A stretch of DNA of 64,000 nt, from assembly GCA_002269645.1 (NCBI GenBank), contig NIVC01000406.1:508724-572723 (forward strand). Direction: 5' to 3'. A model generated the notes under the pieces. It was given only the letters and a program-made list of their open reading frames with translations, did no database searches and had not been told where the DNA came from. Source of the stretch: Macrostomum lignano. Its lineage: Eukaryota. Shown here one piece after another: positions 37,486 through 49,829 of this stretch. Each line of letters opens with the position of its first letter. The stretch's first letter is position 1. The position numbers and the translations under genes are program-made.

Positions 37486-40400
37486 ATGCCGGCCACTGCC
37501 GAAGTCAGCATCCCGGATGAAGCTGCCAACAGTAGTTGCGCAGAGAACATCGTTAATGATGGCGCCGCAGTGCTGCGCGAACTCGGGACGGAGAACAGTA
37601 GTAGTAATACCAATGATAATAGTAACGCTATAAAATCTGACGGCAGCAACCCCAGCAAGACACCGTCCCAGGCGTCCGTTGAACCGAGCAGCGGCGGCGG
37701 CATGGCGGAGGAGCTCGCCGCAGGCCGCGAGATTCTCAAAGATGAGATGCGGTTGCGGGTGAAGCACCAAGCCACCGTGAATCAGCTGGTGGAGCGCCAG
37801 ACTGAGAGGCAGCGCCGTTACGACCAGCTGCTGGAGGTGCTGAAGAAGAGCTCGGTGTACGCCAAGCTGATCGTGGTCCGCATCGAGGAGGAGAAGAAAA
37901 ACTTCGATAAGCGCCTGGCTAGGGCTGAGCGACAGCAGAGCGAGACCACCGCCGCCGCCGCTCAGCCGGATGTTGCCGAACCTGCGGAGGCTCCATCGAC
38001 TCCACCACCTCCACCGCCGCCGTCTCCTCCACGGACTCGTCGCAGTCAGCGAATCAGCAATGCGGCGACAGCGTCAGCAACGGCATCGACCTCAGTCTCT
38101 AAGAAGCGATCCCGGCCGACTGACGACGACGATTCTTCAACTTCGGCGACGTCGGCGGCGACAACGGCGCAGAAACCGACCAAGCGACGCCGTGCGGCCG
38201 ACAATCCCGCCAAACCAAAAACGGAGCCCCAACCGGTAGCAGAACCGGAAGTGCAACCGGAAACCCAGGAGCCTGGCCGGCTGGACCTGTTCACCGGGCA
38301 GCTGCGCGACTACCAGCTCGAAGGCTTCAACTGGCTCCGGCGGATGTACGAGAACGGCATCAACGGCATACTGGGCGACGAGATGGGCCTCGGCAAGACC
38401 GTGCAGTGCATCGCCTTCATCGCCCACCTGGTCCACATGGGCGTCACCGGCCCGTTCTGCGTGGTCGGTCCGCTGTCCACCCTGTGCAACTGGCGGGCCG
38501 AGTTCGCCAGGTTCGCTCCCGCAGTGCCGGTGGTTCTCTACCACGGCAACAGGGACCGGTGCGCCCTGCTGCGCAACCAGATGTGCAACCCGCTGCCCGT
38601 GGCCGGCTGCAACACCAGCTGCAAACCGGTGGTCATCACCTCCTACGAGATGGCCATCCGGGACAGATCCGTGTTCCAGCGCTACGAATGGAAGCTGCTA
38701 ATTGTTGATGAAGGACATCGGGTGAAGAATTTCCAGTGCCGGCTGGCTCGCGAGCTGCGCATGTACCACTGCACTCACCGGCTGATCCTTACTGGTGAGG
38801 GCGGGACGGGATCATCTGTACATTGATTTCTAGTGAAGCCAAGGACTACAAGTGAACCCAACCATTATTCACATTTACGCTCGTATGGTCGATTTTGGAC
38901 TTGCTGGATAAATAATAATTTTCGAATCCTGTACTCAACCATGTTTGATAATCACCGTTGATAGCCAAACTGTGAATCCACTGCAGATTCGGGTTCTTCT
39001 CATATAAGCTAGCTAGTTTTCAGGGGCACTATCGCTAATGTCGCATATTAGAGTGAAAGTTCCGTCATCTCTGTTGTATATTTTATGAGCCACCCTAATG
39101 CCCGCTCAACTGACCCCTGAGCATGCTGTCGTACGGATGAGTTGTGCACTCCGTGTCCCGGGGGAGGCCCTCACGGGCGTAATAAAACGCCTATTTTTGT
39201 GCTTCGGTCCGAGACTCAGCTGTGTTACCGCTGAGATACCCTGCTCCCTTCTACTCATTAAGTTTCCCACCTGATCTTCGCTCCCCCCTTCACCGCCCGT
39301 CAGGTACCCCGATCCAGAACAATCTGACCGAGCTTTGGTCCCTGCTCAACTTCCTCCTGCCGGAGATATTCGAGAAGCTCGGCACCTTCGAGGCCTGGTT
39401 CGACGCCGGCGTACTGCAGGACGCCGAGGCGAAGCGCCGCCTGCTCGAGCAGGAGAAGGAGCAGCAGGTCCTGTCGGCCATGCAGCAGATCCTGCTGCCC
39501 TTCATGCTGCGCCGCTGCAAAGCAGACGTGGATCTGGAGGTGCCGCCGAAGCGAGAGCAGCTGCTGTACGCCCCCATGGCGCCGGAGCAGCTGGCGCTCT
39601 ACCGCATGGCTGTCGACCGGACCATCGAGAAGCTGCTTGACGGCGACAACAGAGGCAGCGACATGTCGGCGGCCAGTCTCGAAGTGACCGGGCCTCGGCA
39701 GGCGAAGGTGCGCGCCGATCGGATCTCCCGCCAGATGGCGCTGTCGGACGAGACCAACTCCAGCCGGCGTCAAGGCGAAGCTGACGACGACGACGATGAG
39801 GACGACGCCGATGTTGGAGACGAGAACGACGAAGGCGGCCGGGCCAAGGCCGGCGTGTCGTCAGCTGCCGTGTCCGCTGACGCCCTGCTCACGGTTGCCG
39901 ATCTCGACGTTGCCTTGGGCGGCGGCGGTGGCGGCAACGTCGAGGTCGCCGAGCTGCACATCAACCTGCGCAACCCGATGGCCCTGCTGAAGCGGATCTG
40001 CAACCACCCTTATCTGGTGCGCTACCCGCTCACCCCGGACGGCCAGTACCGGGTGGACGAACAGCTGGTCAGCGTTAGCGGCAAGTTCCGCCTGCTGGAC
40101 CGGCTGCTGCCAGAGTTGCAGCGCCAGGGCCGGAAGGTGCTGATCTTCAGTCAGTGGGTCTGCATTCTGGACCTGCTGCAGGTTAGTTCCGCGATTGAAA
40201 TGCTGTTGTGCATGCCGCGGTCTTCAGGTCGCATAAAATTTGCCCAAACATATGAGTATCTATCCAATACATACGAGTATATGCTCAGTCTGAGCTGCCA
40301 GTCTCCCGTATGCTCAGCCTATCATGCTTAGCCTCCTATATACTCAGCCTCTCATGCTTTAGCCTCCTATATACTCAGCCTCTCATGCTTAGCCTCCTAT

Positions 40401-42551
40401 ATACTCAGCCTCTCATGCTTTAGCCTCCTATATCCTCAGCCTCTCATGCTTAGCCTCCTATATACTCAGCCTCCCATGCTTACCTCCTATATCCTCAGCC
40501 TCCCATGCTTAGCCTCCTATATCCTCAGCCTCCCATGCTTAGCCTCCTATATCCTCAGCCTCCCATGCTTAGCCTCCTATATCCTCAGCCTCCCATGCTT
40601 AGCCTCCTATATCCTCAGCCTCCCATGCTTAGCCTCCTATATCCTCAGCCTCCCATGCTTAGCCTCCTATATCCTCAGCCTCCCATGCTTAGCCTCCTAT
40701 ATCCTCAGCCTCCCATGCTTAGCCTCCTATATACTCAGCCTCTCATGCTTAGCCTCCTATATACTCAGCCTCTCATGCTTAGCCTCCTATATACTCAGCC
40801 TCTCATGCTTAGCCTCCTATATACTCAGCCTCTCATGCTTAGTCTCCGGTATGCTAAGCCCTCATGCTTAGTCTCCGGTATGCTCAGCCTCTCATGCTTA
40901 GTCTCCGGTATGCTAAGCCCTCATGCTTAGTCTCCGGTATGCTCAGCCTCTCATGCTTAGTCTCCGGTATGCTAAGCCCTCATGCTTAGTCTCCGGTATG
41001 CTCAGCCTCTCATGCTTAGCCTCCTATATCCTCAGCCTCTCATGCTTAGCCTCCTATATATATACTCAGCCTCTCATGCTTAGCCTCCTATATCCTCAGC
41101 CTCTCATGCTTAGCCTCCTATATCCTCAGCCTCCCATGCTTAGCTTCTATATACTCAGCCTCTCATTCTTAGTCTCTGGTATGCTCAGCCTCTCATGCTT
41201 AGTCTCCGGTATGCTCAGCCTCTCATGCCTAGTCTCTGGTATGCTCAGCCTCCCATATGCTAAACAAGTCGTTTTCAACCCCTAAAAACAACTGTCCGAC
41301 CCCGGCGCCACCCGCAGGACTACTGCCACCTGCGCGAATACAAATTCTCCCGTCTGGACGGCGGCATGTCGCTGGAGGATCGGGACAGCGAGATCTCCCG
41401 ATTCTACACTGAGGCCGACAATCGCATCTTTTTGGTCACGACCCGGGCCGGCGGCCTGGGCCTGAACTTGACACCAGCTGACACTGTCATAATCTTCGAC
41501 TCCGACTGGAATCCGCAGGTGAATCTTGTTGTGACAGGTCTAGACTGTTCATAACAGCGTCACAGGAGCCGCCTCAACACACTGGCGGCTCTGTTGACAG
41601 AATCCGGGGGGTGCGTTAGCAATAGCAGGCCCTGTCCTGCAGTACCGACTAAGCGCGGATGATGGAGACTGTCAGCTGGAGTCGCCGTTAAGACCAAAGG
41701 GTGTCTTTCTACAGCACCTAAAAGCAGAAAAAAATTGATTACGCCTGCCCCAATTGGGCCAGATGTGCAACCGACAGCCCAGCCGCAGCTATTGCGCGGC
41801 GCATCTGAAGGCTGCGTGCGGCTGTTCAGTCCAAGGACTGATCTGGTAGAGAGGGCGTCGCCACACACCCTCAATTACCCCAGCTAATGCTGGTACCCAT
41901 TTTACAGCTGGGTGAACTGCAGCAATGCAGAGTCAAGTGTCTTGCTCAAGGGCACAAATTGTTCCCGAGTGGAATCGGGAATCGAACCCCCGACCTTCAA
42001 GTCGTAAGTCCGAAGCTCTGACCACTGGGCTACAAACCCCTCCAGGGCTTGTCGACCCACGAGAAGAAAAAGACGGTATATCTACCTGCACAGGTACTTT
42101 TATACAGGTATCTTTCATATACAATACCCTGACCCCGGCTCCGCAGGCGGACCTGCAGGCGCAGGACCGGTGCCACCGCATCGGCCAGTCGCAGCCGGTG
42201 CTGGTGTTCCGCCTGGTTACCGCGGACTCCATCGACGAGCGGGTGGTGAGCCGCGCCGACGCTAAGCGCACCCTGGAGCGGATGATCATATCCAGGTCGC
42301 GATTTCGCAAATCGCTGACCAGAGATGCGCTGGAGCAGGCCAAGCGGCTTGACCGTCGCGAGCTGGAGGATCTCCTGCTGACGGAGGCGAAGCCGACAAC
42401 TGCTGCTGCTGCGGCGGCGGCGGACTCAGCGGAGGTGCTGCCAGATGCTGAGCTGGCCAAGCTGCTGGACCGGTCCGACCTGATGGCCGACTGGGAGCGG
42501 CTGCGGGCTGAGCGGCGGGCTAAAGAGGCCGCCGCTGATTCATCACAGTAG
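37486..42551 (+). CDS. HELLS: HELLS/LSH SNF2-family chromatin remodeller; exons 37486-38794, 39304-40181, 41318-41518, 42147-42551
   Basis: [17 protein letters not shown] (HELLS-type N-terminus), [107 protein letters not shown]. Splice phases are consistent. Confidence 0.92.
40310..41260. repeat. 30-bp minisatellite in a HELLS intron
   Basis: ATGCTTAGCCTCCTATATCCTCAGCCTCCC and the variant ATGCTTAGTCTCCGGTATGCTCAGCCTCTC. Confidence 0.95.
41551..42040 (-). mobile_element. tRNA-derived SINE with a CORE-like central domain, in a HELLS intron
   Basis: On the minus strand: A box TAGCCCAGTGG, B box GGTTCGATTCC, then TGTGCCCTTGAGCAAGACACTT...CTGTAAAATGGG. A second copy lies at 49058-49255. Confidence 0.8.
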
Positions 42552-42669
42552 CCAGCGTTAAATTTGGCATGTTGAATTTGTGACTGAATTGAATTCATTC
42601 ACATTTTACACTTTATAGCATTTTTATTGCAGTCTCCACTAGTGTTATTTTTTATTTCTATAATGCATT

Positions 42670-42855
42670 GCGCACCCCACCTAATGGAACAGAGCGCGCG
42701 CTCGAGGAACACCATAAAACTCCTACACGCTATTTGCACGTTACCCAGGACGTTAATTGCACGAGCAGACCAAAGTTAATGTGACTGCACTTGGACTCGA
42801 GCCTGGGCCGCTGGTACATGAGAGCACCGCGCTAGACTACTAGGCTACGGCTCCC
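42670..42855 (-). mobile_element. Second, unrelated tRNA-headed SINE-like element
   Basis: Minus strand begins GGAGCCGTAGCCTAGTAGTCTAGCGCGG...GGCTCGAGTCC (A/B box-like), with no tRNA acceptor stem closure. Confidence 0.55.
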
Positions 42856-42890
42856 TTCCTGCCTACTCGTCTTAGGTAGATAGTTAGATA

Positions 42891-43477
42891 CTATAGCATT
42901 TTCCAAGCCTATTGAGCCTAGGAGCGAGCAATTTGGTCCTTATTGGGAGAATCAAGCTATTGAAGACTTTTCATTGTCTATGGCCCAAAAGGGGGTCTAT
43001 GGAGCAACCAATTTGAGAGTCTGGGCGCGCAATTAATCCTTTTCACAGTGCTCGAATATCCTTCACGAATAACTTCACTGAAAAACGTCTGCAAATAGAT
43101 GGCATATCAAAAAACGATTGACATAAACACTTTGATTTCAGAGAAACCAATCAAAACAGGCGATAGGGTTCTCGCCCTGCAGGATTCTGCTCATCCACTG
43201 CTGCATCTTGGGCTGTAGCAGAACTTCATCACTGCTCTGCTCGCTAAATTCTTCGTCTGCCATATCTATGTTTGTCTAATGAAATCTGTTATTTTCTATG
43301 GTCTAAAGCTTGCACAACTGTGAAAAGGATTAATAGCGCGCCCAGATTCTCAAATTGGTTGCTCCATAGACCCTTTTGGGCCATAGACAATGAAAGACAA
43401 GTCTTCAATAGGTTGATTCTCCCAATAGGGATTGGATTGCTTGCTCCTAGGCTCAATTGGGTTGGAAAATGCTATAG
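42891..43477. mobile_element. MITE/foldback element with ~160-bp TIRs
   Basis: 42891-43049 (CTATAGCATTTTCC...CCTTTTCACAG) is the near reverse complement of 43319-43477 (CTGTGAAAAGG...GGAAAATGCTATAG). Confidence 0.85.
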
Positions 43478-44232
43478 TTGCTGAAAGCGACTATGTCAGT
43501 CAGATGCTTTCGAGTGCTCACTCATTCTTGAGAGCAGAGAAGCTATAGTCTATGGTCTTAACTCTTAACCCCGGGTTTTTGCTTCTATGGCCACAATTAA
43601 CGCAGTTTTATGAGTGGCCCTACACCAACAAAGGCTCTCTCTGGCCAAACCTCCCTAACAACGGATGCCTAAGATAGACCTCTGCACTTTTTAATTCCCT
43701 AATGGTAAAGACAGACCTTGGAATCATCTACACTGTACTTAAGTCGGCTTTTTTATTGGCTACTCATATGTTTGGGCTATTTTATTATTTATTTTTTGTT
43801 GTCGTCTTTTGAACGACAAAAAATAACGGCTCTCCGGTGCGCTGCTGCCGTGTGCGGCAACCATTTTTATTTCCAACCCTCAAGCTTCTACTTTAACTGG
43901 CTTTGATTGTGTCTGAGCACCGTAATTGTTTTCATTTATTCAAGCATTTACTCAGTTAATTAGTTTTCATCTGTGGCTATGAGCTTACTGGTACAAAATA
44001 TGGCAGGCTAGGGCCCTAGGGCCGAGTGTTCAGGCAACCAACTTTACGATTCTGTATGCTATGCGCTTAACTGAGCATAAATTAGCATTTTCCCTTTATT
44101 AATATATTAATTCTCTGTAAGCTTGAAAAATGCAAAACTACATTGTCAGTGCAACTTTTGATGTCGGGTATTTTTGCTTTCTTACATTGCTGGTTACAGC
44201 TGCGGTAGTGTCGTCTTCTCGATCAGAACACC

Positions 44233-44428
44233 TCCCTACTAGATTAGAGCCCTCTCAACCAGATTAGAGCCCTCCCTACCAGATTAGAGCCCTCTCTACC
44301 AGATTAGAGCCCTCTCTACCAGATTAGAGCCCCCCTCTACCAGATTAGAGCCCTCCCTACCAGATTAGAGCCCTCTCTACAAGATTAGAGCCCCCCTCTA
44401 CCAGATTAGAGCCCTCCCTACCAGATTA
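44233..44428. repeat. 20-bp minisatellite upstream of the first recognised XPC exon
   Basis: About 10 units of ACCAGATTAGAGCCCTCTCT. Confidence 0.9.
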
Positions 44429-44475
44429 AAGGCTGGAGAACCCTCTACGTGATTAAGACTCTCGCCGCCCTCCAG

Positions 44476-47400
44476 CCGGAAAGCTCGCATCCCGGTGCCC
44501 CAGCCGCGGCAGCTCGAAGTCGGCCAGTCCGCCGCTCCGCTCTGCAGCAGCTGCTTGCCGACGCCAACCTTCAGTCGGCTGTCGACGGTGACACGTCAAC
44601 AACCGCGCCTACAAAGCGCACCATGCGCCGATCGGCGGCCCCAGCGACGCCGACTGCGACGCAGCCAACAAAGCCGATCGAAACCAGAAAAAGTCGCCGA
44701 GCGTCGGTCGCCGGCTCCGGCGCCGGCCAATCAAAAAAGCAACAGCAGCCGCCGCCGGCAAAGAGAAACAAAATTGTTGCCGCTAAAAAAGCCAAAGCAG
44801 GCGATGACGATTCATCAGATGACTCCATCACCAGCAGCAGCAGCAGCAGCGACTCGGAGCCGACTGTCATCTCTGTGCAGAAGACAGAAGCAGCAGCAGC
44901 AAAAATGCCGGATCCATCAACAAGTCGGGCTTCCCGACGGAAACTGCAGGCGGTCGCCGACCCGGACGACAACGACTTCCAGGACGCATTGCCAGCGGCG
45001 GCGGTCGCACCAAAGAAGGCGCGCCAGTCGAAGCCGCAGTCATCGAGACAATCAAAGAAGAAGGTCAGCACAGCAGGGGCCGATAAAGAGGCTGACGCTG
45101 CGGTGTCCAAGCCGGTTATTGATGTCGACTGGAGCCAGGCGCTGAATGCTCTCGAGGATGCCGACGACGAAGGCGAAGAAGCCGCGGGTCCATCGACATC
45201 GCGGAGGCAGCGCGGCGGCGCCTCGCCAAGAAAATCGCGTCGGAGCTGCATCCAGAAGACGGAGGTCCAGGCCAGCGATGGCGACGACGACGAAGATGAT
45301 GACTGGGAAGAGGTTGCCGACGCAAAGGACGGCGGCGGAAGCGGCGGCGGGGCGATCGAAGTGCTGGTCGGGGCTCCGGCCAGGAAGGACGCCGCTGAGC
45401 AGGCCCGGCGCCGGCACGAGCGCCTGCTGGTGGAGAACCTGCACAAGGTCCACTTCCTGGTGCTGCTGGCCCGCTGCCAGCTGGCCAGTCGGCTCGCCAA
45501 CGACCAGCAGCTGCGCGCCGTCTGCCTGTCCCGCATGCCGGCCGACCTGTGCGACGCCCTGGCGGCCGGGCCGGCGCTGGAGGATCTGCGCCAGTTTGCC
45601 GCCTGGTTCGCCAGTGCCTACCCGGCTGCTGAGGACGGCGACGTGCCACGGATCCTGCGGCCGTCCCTCACTGTCGATGCCGCCGTCCGCTGCGCCGTTG
45701 ACAGCCACGTCGGCGCCAGCGCAGCGGATCTGCGAGCCCTTTTGGCCGTCTGCCATCTGCGCGCCTGCGGCGTCCGTCGCTGTCGTTTTGTGTCCGCCCT
45801 GCGGGTGCTGCCGATCCGCCTGACCAAGGCTGCCATGGCACAGCGGGAGAAAGAGGCCCAGGAAACCCAGCAGGAGTCGGTGGCTGACGCCCCCGAGGAA
45901 GACAAAGCCGCCGACGACCCAGACTTTGGCTCAGAGGCTGGAGATTTTGTCGATAAGAAAAGAAGCAAAGATAAAAATAAGAAGCCGGCAACAAAAACCC
46001 CGGCCAAAAAGCAGCAGACCGACAAGACCAAGAAGACCGAAGCGCCAAAGCCGCCGGCCGCTCCGTCCACTAGTGGACTCCGCAGATCCGGGCGCGCCAA
46101 GAGTGCGCCTCTGAAGCCGCCGCCCCCGTCCACCGATTCTGCGTCGGGCGATTCCTCCGCCGAAGATGTCAAGCCGGCAAAGCAGCAGCCGCAGAAGCAG
46201 AAACCAATGCAGAATAAGCAGCGGCAGTCGGTAGTGAAAGCGGCGACCTCTGCTAAAAAAGCTCGCAAGACAACCACTGGCCCCGCGGCCGCCGAGTTCT
46301 GGTGCGAAGTGTTCGTTCCGGCCCCCGAGGACCGCTGGGTTCCCCTGGAATTCAACGGTGCTGCCTACTCTATTGACAACGCCGAGGCCATCGGAGCTCG
46401 GATTGCCAAGCCCATCACCTACGTGATGTCGGTGGACGCTGAAGGCGGCGTCCGTGAGGTCACTGCGCGCTACGACCTCAACTGGTGAAACTGGCTGCTT
46501 GTTGTCGAGCTTGAAAAATCTGAGTCTGCTTGTAGTATCTCACCTCACTCCCGGATCATTGACCTCACTCCCAGATCAGTGACCTCACTCCCAGATCAGT
46601 GACCTCACTCCCGGATCAGTGACCTCACTCCCGGATCATTGACCTCACTCCCGGATCAGTGACCTCACTCCCGGATCATTGACCTCACTCCCGGATCAGT
46701 GACCTCACTCCCGGATCATTGACCTCACTCCCAGATCATTGACCTCACTCCCGGATCAGTGACCTCACTCCCGGATCATTGACCTCACTCCCGGATCAGT
46801 GACCTCACTCCCGGATCAGTGACCTCACTCCCGGATCATTGACCTCACTCCCGGATCAGTGACCTCACTCCCAGATCATTGACCTCACTCCCACATCGGT
46901 GACCTCACTCCCGGATCAGTGACCTCACTCCCGGATCATTGACCTCACTCCCGGATCAGTGACCTCACTCCCAGATCATTGACCTCACTCCCACATCGGT
47001 GACCTCACTCCCGGATCAGTGACCTCACTCCCGGATCATTGACCTCACTCCCGGATCATTGACCTCACTCCCAGATCATTGACCTCACTCCCGGATCATT
47101 GACCTCACTCCCGGATCATTGACCTCACTCCCGGATCATTGACCTCACTCCCGGATCATTGACCTCACTCCCGGATCATTGACCTCACTCCCGGATCAGT
47201 GACCTCACTCCCGGATCAGTGACCTCACTCCCGGATCATTGACCTCACTCCCAGATCAGTGACCTCACTCCCGGATCATTGACCTCACTCCCGGATCATT
47301 GACCTCACTCCCGGATCATTGACCTCACTCCCAGATCAGTGACCTCACTCCCGGATCATTGACCTCACTCCCGGATCAGTGACCTCACTCCCGGATCATT

Positions 47401-49820
47401 GACCTCACTCCCGGATCATTGACCTCACTCCCGGATCAGTGACCTCACTCCCGGATCAGTGACCTCACTCCCAGATCAGTGACCTCACTCCCGGATCAGT
47501 GACCTCACTCCCGGATCATTGACCTCACTCCCGGATCATTGACCTCACTCCCGGATCATTGACCTCACTCCCGGATCATTGACCTCACTCCCGGATCAGT
47601 GACCTCACTCCCGGATCAGTGACCTCACTCCCGGATCATTGACCTCACTCCCAGATCAGTGACCTCACTCCCGGATCATTGACCTCACTCCCAGATCAGT
47701 GACCTCACTCCCGGATCATTGACCTCACTCCCAGATCAGTGACCTCACTCCCGGATCAGTGACCTCACTCCCGGATCAGTGACCTCACTCCCGGATCAGT
47801 GACCTCACTCCCACATCAGTGACCTCACTCCCACATCGGTGACCTCACTCCCGCATCAGTGACCTCACTCCCACATCGGTGACCTCACTCCTGCATCAGA
47901 GACCTCACTCCCACATCGGTGACCTCACTCCTGCATCAGAGACCTCACTCCTGCATCAGAGACCTCACTCCCACATCGGTGACCTCACTCCCACATCGGT
48001 GACCTCACTCCTGCATCAGAGACCTCACTCCTGCATCAGAGACCTCACTCCCACATCGGTGACCTCACTCCCACATCGGTGACCTCACTCCTGCATCAGA
48101 GACCTCACTCCTGCATCAGAGACCTCACTCCCACATCGGTGACCTCACTCCTGCATCAGAGACCTCACTCCTGCATCAGAGACCTCACTCCCACATCGGT
48201 GACCTCACTCCCACATCGGTGACCTCACTCCTGCATCAGAGACCTCACTCCTGCATTAGTGACCTCACTCCCAGCTCAGTACTAATTTCAGTCCTAACTT
48301 AAAAGTACACAAGCCTCATATCCAACAAACCCATAATCCTGCCAGGTGCACCAAGACCCGCAAAGTACGCGCCCCGCCCGCCTGGCTGGAGGCGGCTCTG
48401 TCCGGCTGGAAGCCGTCGGACGCGGCCTTCTCGGCTGCCGAGGACCGCCAGCTCACCGAGATGCTGCTGAAGCGCCCGGAGCCCAGCCGGCCCGAGGAGT
48501 TTCGCGGCCACCCGCTGTACGCGCTGCGCCGCCACCTGCTGAAGTACGAAGTGATCTACCCGGACGAGGCCGAGCCGATGGGCTTCGTCCGGCCCAGCAA
48601 CGAGCCGTTCTATTCGCGCGACTGCGTGCACGTGTGCCACACCCGCGAGACCTGGCTGAAGGAGGCCCGGGTGGTGCGGCCGGGCGAGCAGCCCGTCAAA
48701 GTTGTCAAGTCTCGGATGTCCGCCAAACAGCGACTGCTGGGTGAGCCGTCTGGTGCTCCCAGTCTCACTCCCTAGCTCAGCAGTCTCACTCCCTAGCTCA
48801 GGAATCTCACTCCCTAGCTCAGCAGTCTCACTCCCTAGCTCAGCAGTCTCACTCCCTAGCTCAGGAATCTCACTCCCTAGCTCAGGAATCTCACTCTGTA
48901 GCTCAGCAGTCTCACTCTGTAGCTCAGGAATCTCACTCCCTAGCTCAGGAATCTCACTCCCTAGCTCAGCAGTCTCACTCTGTAGCTCAGGAATCTCACT
49001 CCCTAGCTCAGCAGTCTCACTCTGTAGCTCAGCAGTCTCACTCTGTAGCTCAACAGTCAATTTGTGTCCTTAAGCAAGACACTTAACTCTGCATTGCTTC
49101 AGTTCACCTATCTGTAAAATGGGTGCCAGCATTAGCTGGGGTAATTGACGGTATGTGCTGACCCCCCCCCCACCAGTCCTTGGACTGAACAGCCGTACGC
49201 AGCCTTCAGATGCGCCGCGCAATAGCTGTCACTGAGCTGTCGGTTGCGCATCTAATCAATTATTGTTACGAGATGCAGCACCATACACTCTGGCAGCGGG
49301 GTCACAGATTTATACAGTAAAATTCAACTGAAAGCCATTTTCAGAATATGCGTCATAATTCAAAATGCTTTGAATTTTAGGCAACGGCGAGCCCGCCAGC
49401 GTGGACCTGTTCGGCCACTGGCAGACTCAGCCGTACGAGCCGCCGATCGCCGTTAACGGCCGCGTCCCTCGCAACGAGCACGGCAACGTGGACCTGTTCA
49501 AGCCGTGCATGCTGCCGCGCGGCTGCGTGCACCTCAAGCTGCCCGGCCTCGTCCGGTTGGCCAAGAAGCTCGGCGTTGACGGCGTGCCGGCCATGACCGG
49601 CTGGGAGTTCAAAGGCGCCGGCTGGGCCCGCCCGGTGCTGGAAGGCCTGGTGGTTTGCGCCGAGAATCGCCGGCTGCTGATCGACGCCTGGCTGGAGGAG
49701 CGCCGGGCCCAGCGCGAGCGCGCCGTGCTAGCCAAATCGGAGCGCGCCGAACAAAATTGGCGCCGTCTGGCTAAGGGCCTTCTGATGCGGGCCGCAATCA
49801 GGGCCAAGTATTTGACCTGA
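44476..49820 (+). CDS. XPC: XPC/Rad4 nucleotide-excision-repair factor; exons ~44476-46484, 48346-48740, 49381-49820 (true start uncertain; first in-frame ATG 44623)
   Basis: DDDWEEV acidic motif, ENLHKVHFLVLL, FWCEVF..EDRWV, VREVTARY, EFRGHPLYALRRHLLKYEVIYP, VHVCHTRETWLKEARVV, DLFGHWQTQPYEPP..VPRNEHGNVDLFKPCMLP. Splice phases 2 and 1 are consistent. Confidence 0.92.
46541..48280. repeat. 20-bp minisatellite (~85 units) filling an XPC intron
   Basis: GACCTCACTCCCGGATCA(G/T)T grading 3' into GACCTCACTCCCACATCGGT / GACCTCACTCCTGCATCAGA. Confidence 0.97.
48760..49052. repeat. 21-bp minisatellite in the next XPC intron
   Basis: CAGTCTCACTCCCTAGCTCAG / GAATCTCACTCCCTAGCTCAG units. Confidence 0.95.
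49058..49255 (+). mobile_element. 5'-truncated copy of the SINE at 41551-42040
   Basis: TGTGTCCTTAAGCAAGACACTTAACTCTGCATTG...CTGTAAAATGGG...CAGTCCTTGGACTGAACAGCC...GATGCGCCGCGCAATAGCTG matches the reverse complement of ~41760-41960. Confidence 0.85.
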
Positions 49821-49829
49821 CTGCGGTGC

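Noticed and set aside
41970-42040. Possible tRNA gene on the minus strand
   Set aside because: A/B boxes are present but there is no closing acceptor stem, and the sequence continues into a SINE body with a second genomic copy.
46541-48280. Regular 20-bp repeats resembling a CRISPR array (also 12995-13625 and 20300-21055)
   Set aside because: No unique spacers, no cas genes, and a eukaryotic intron context.
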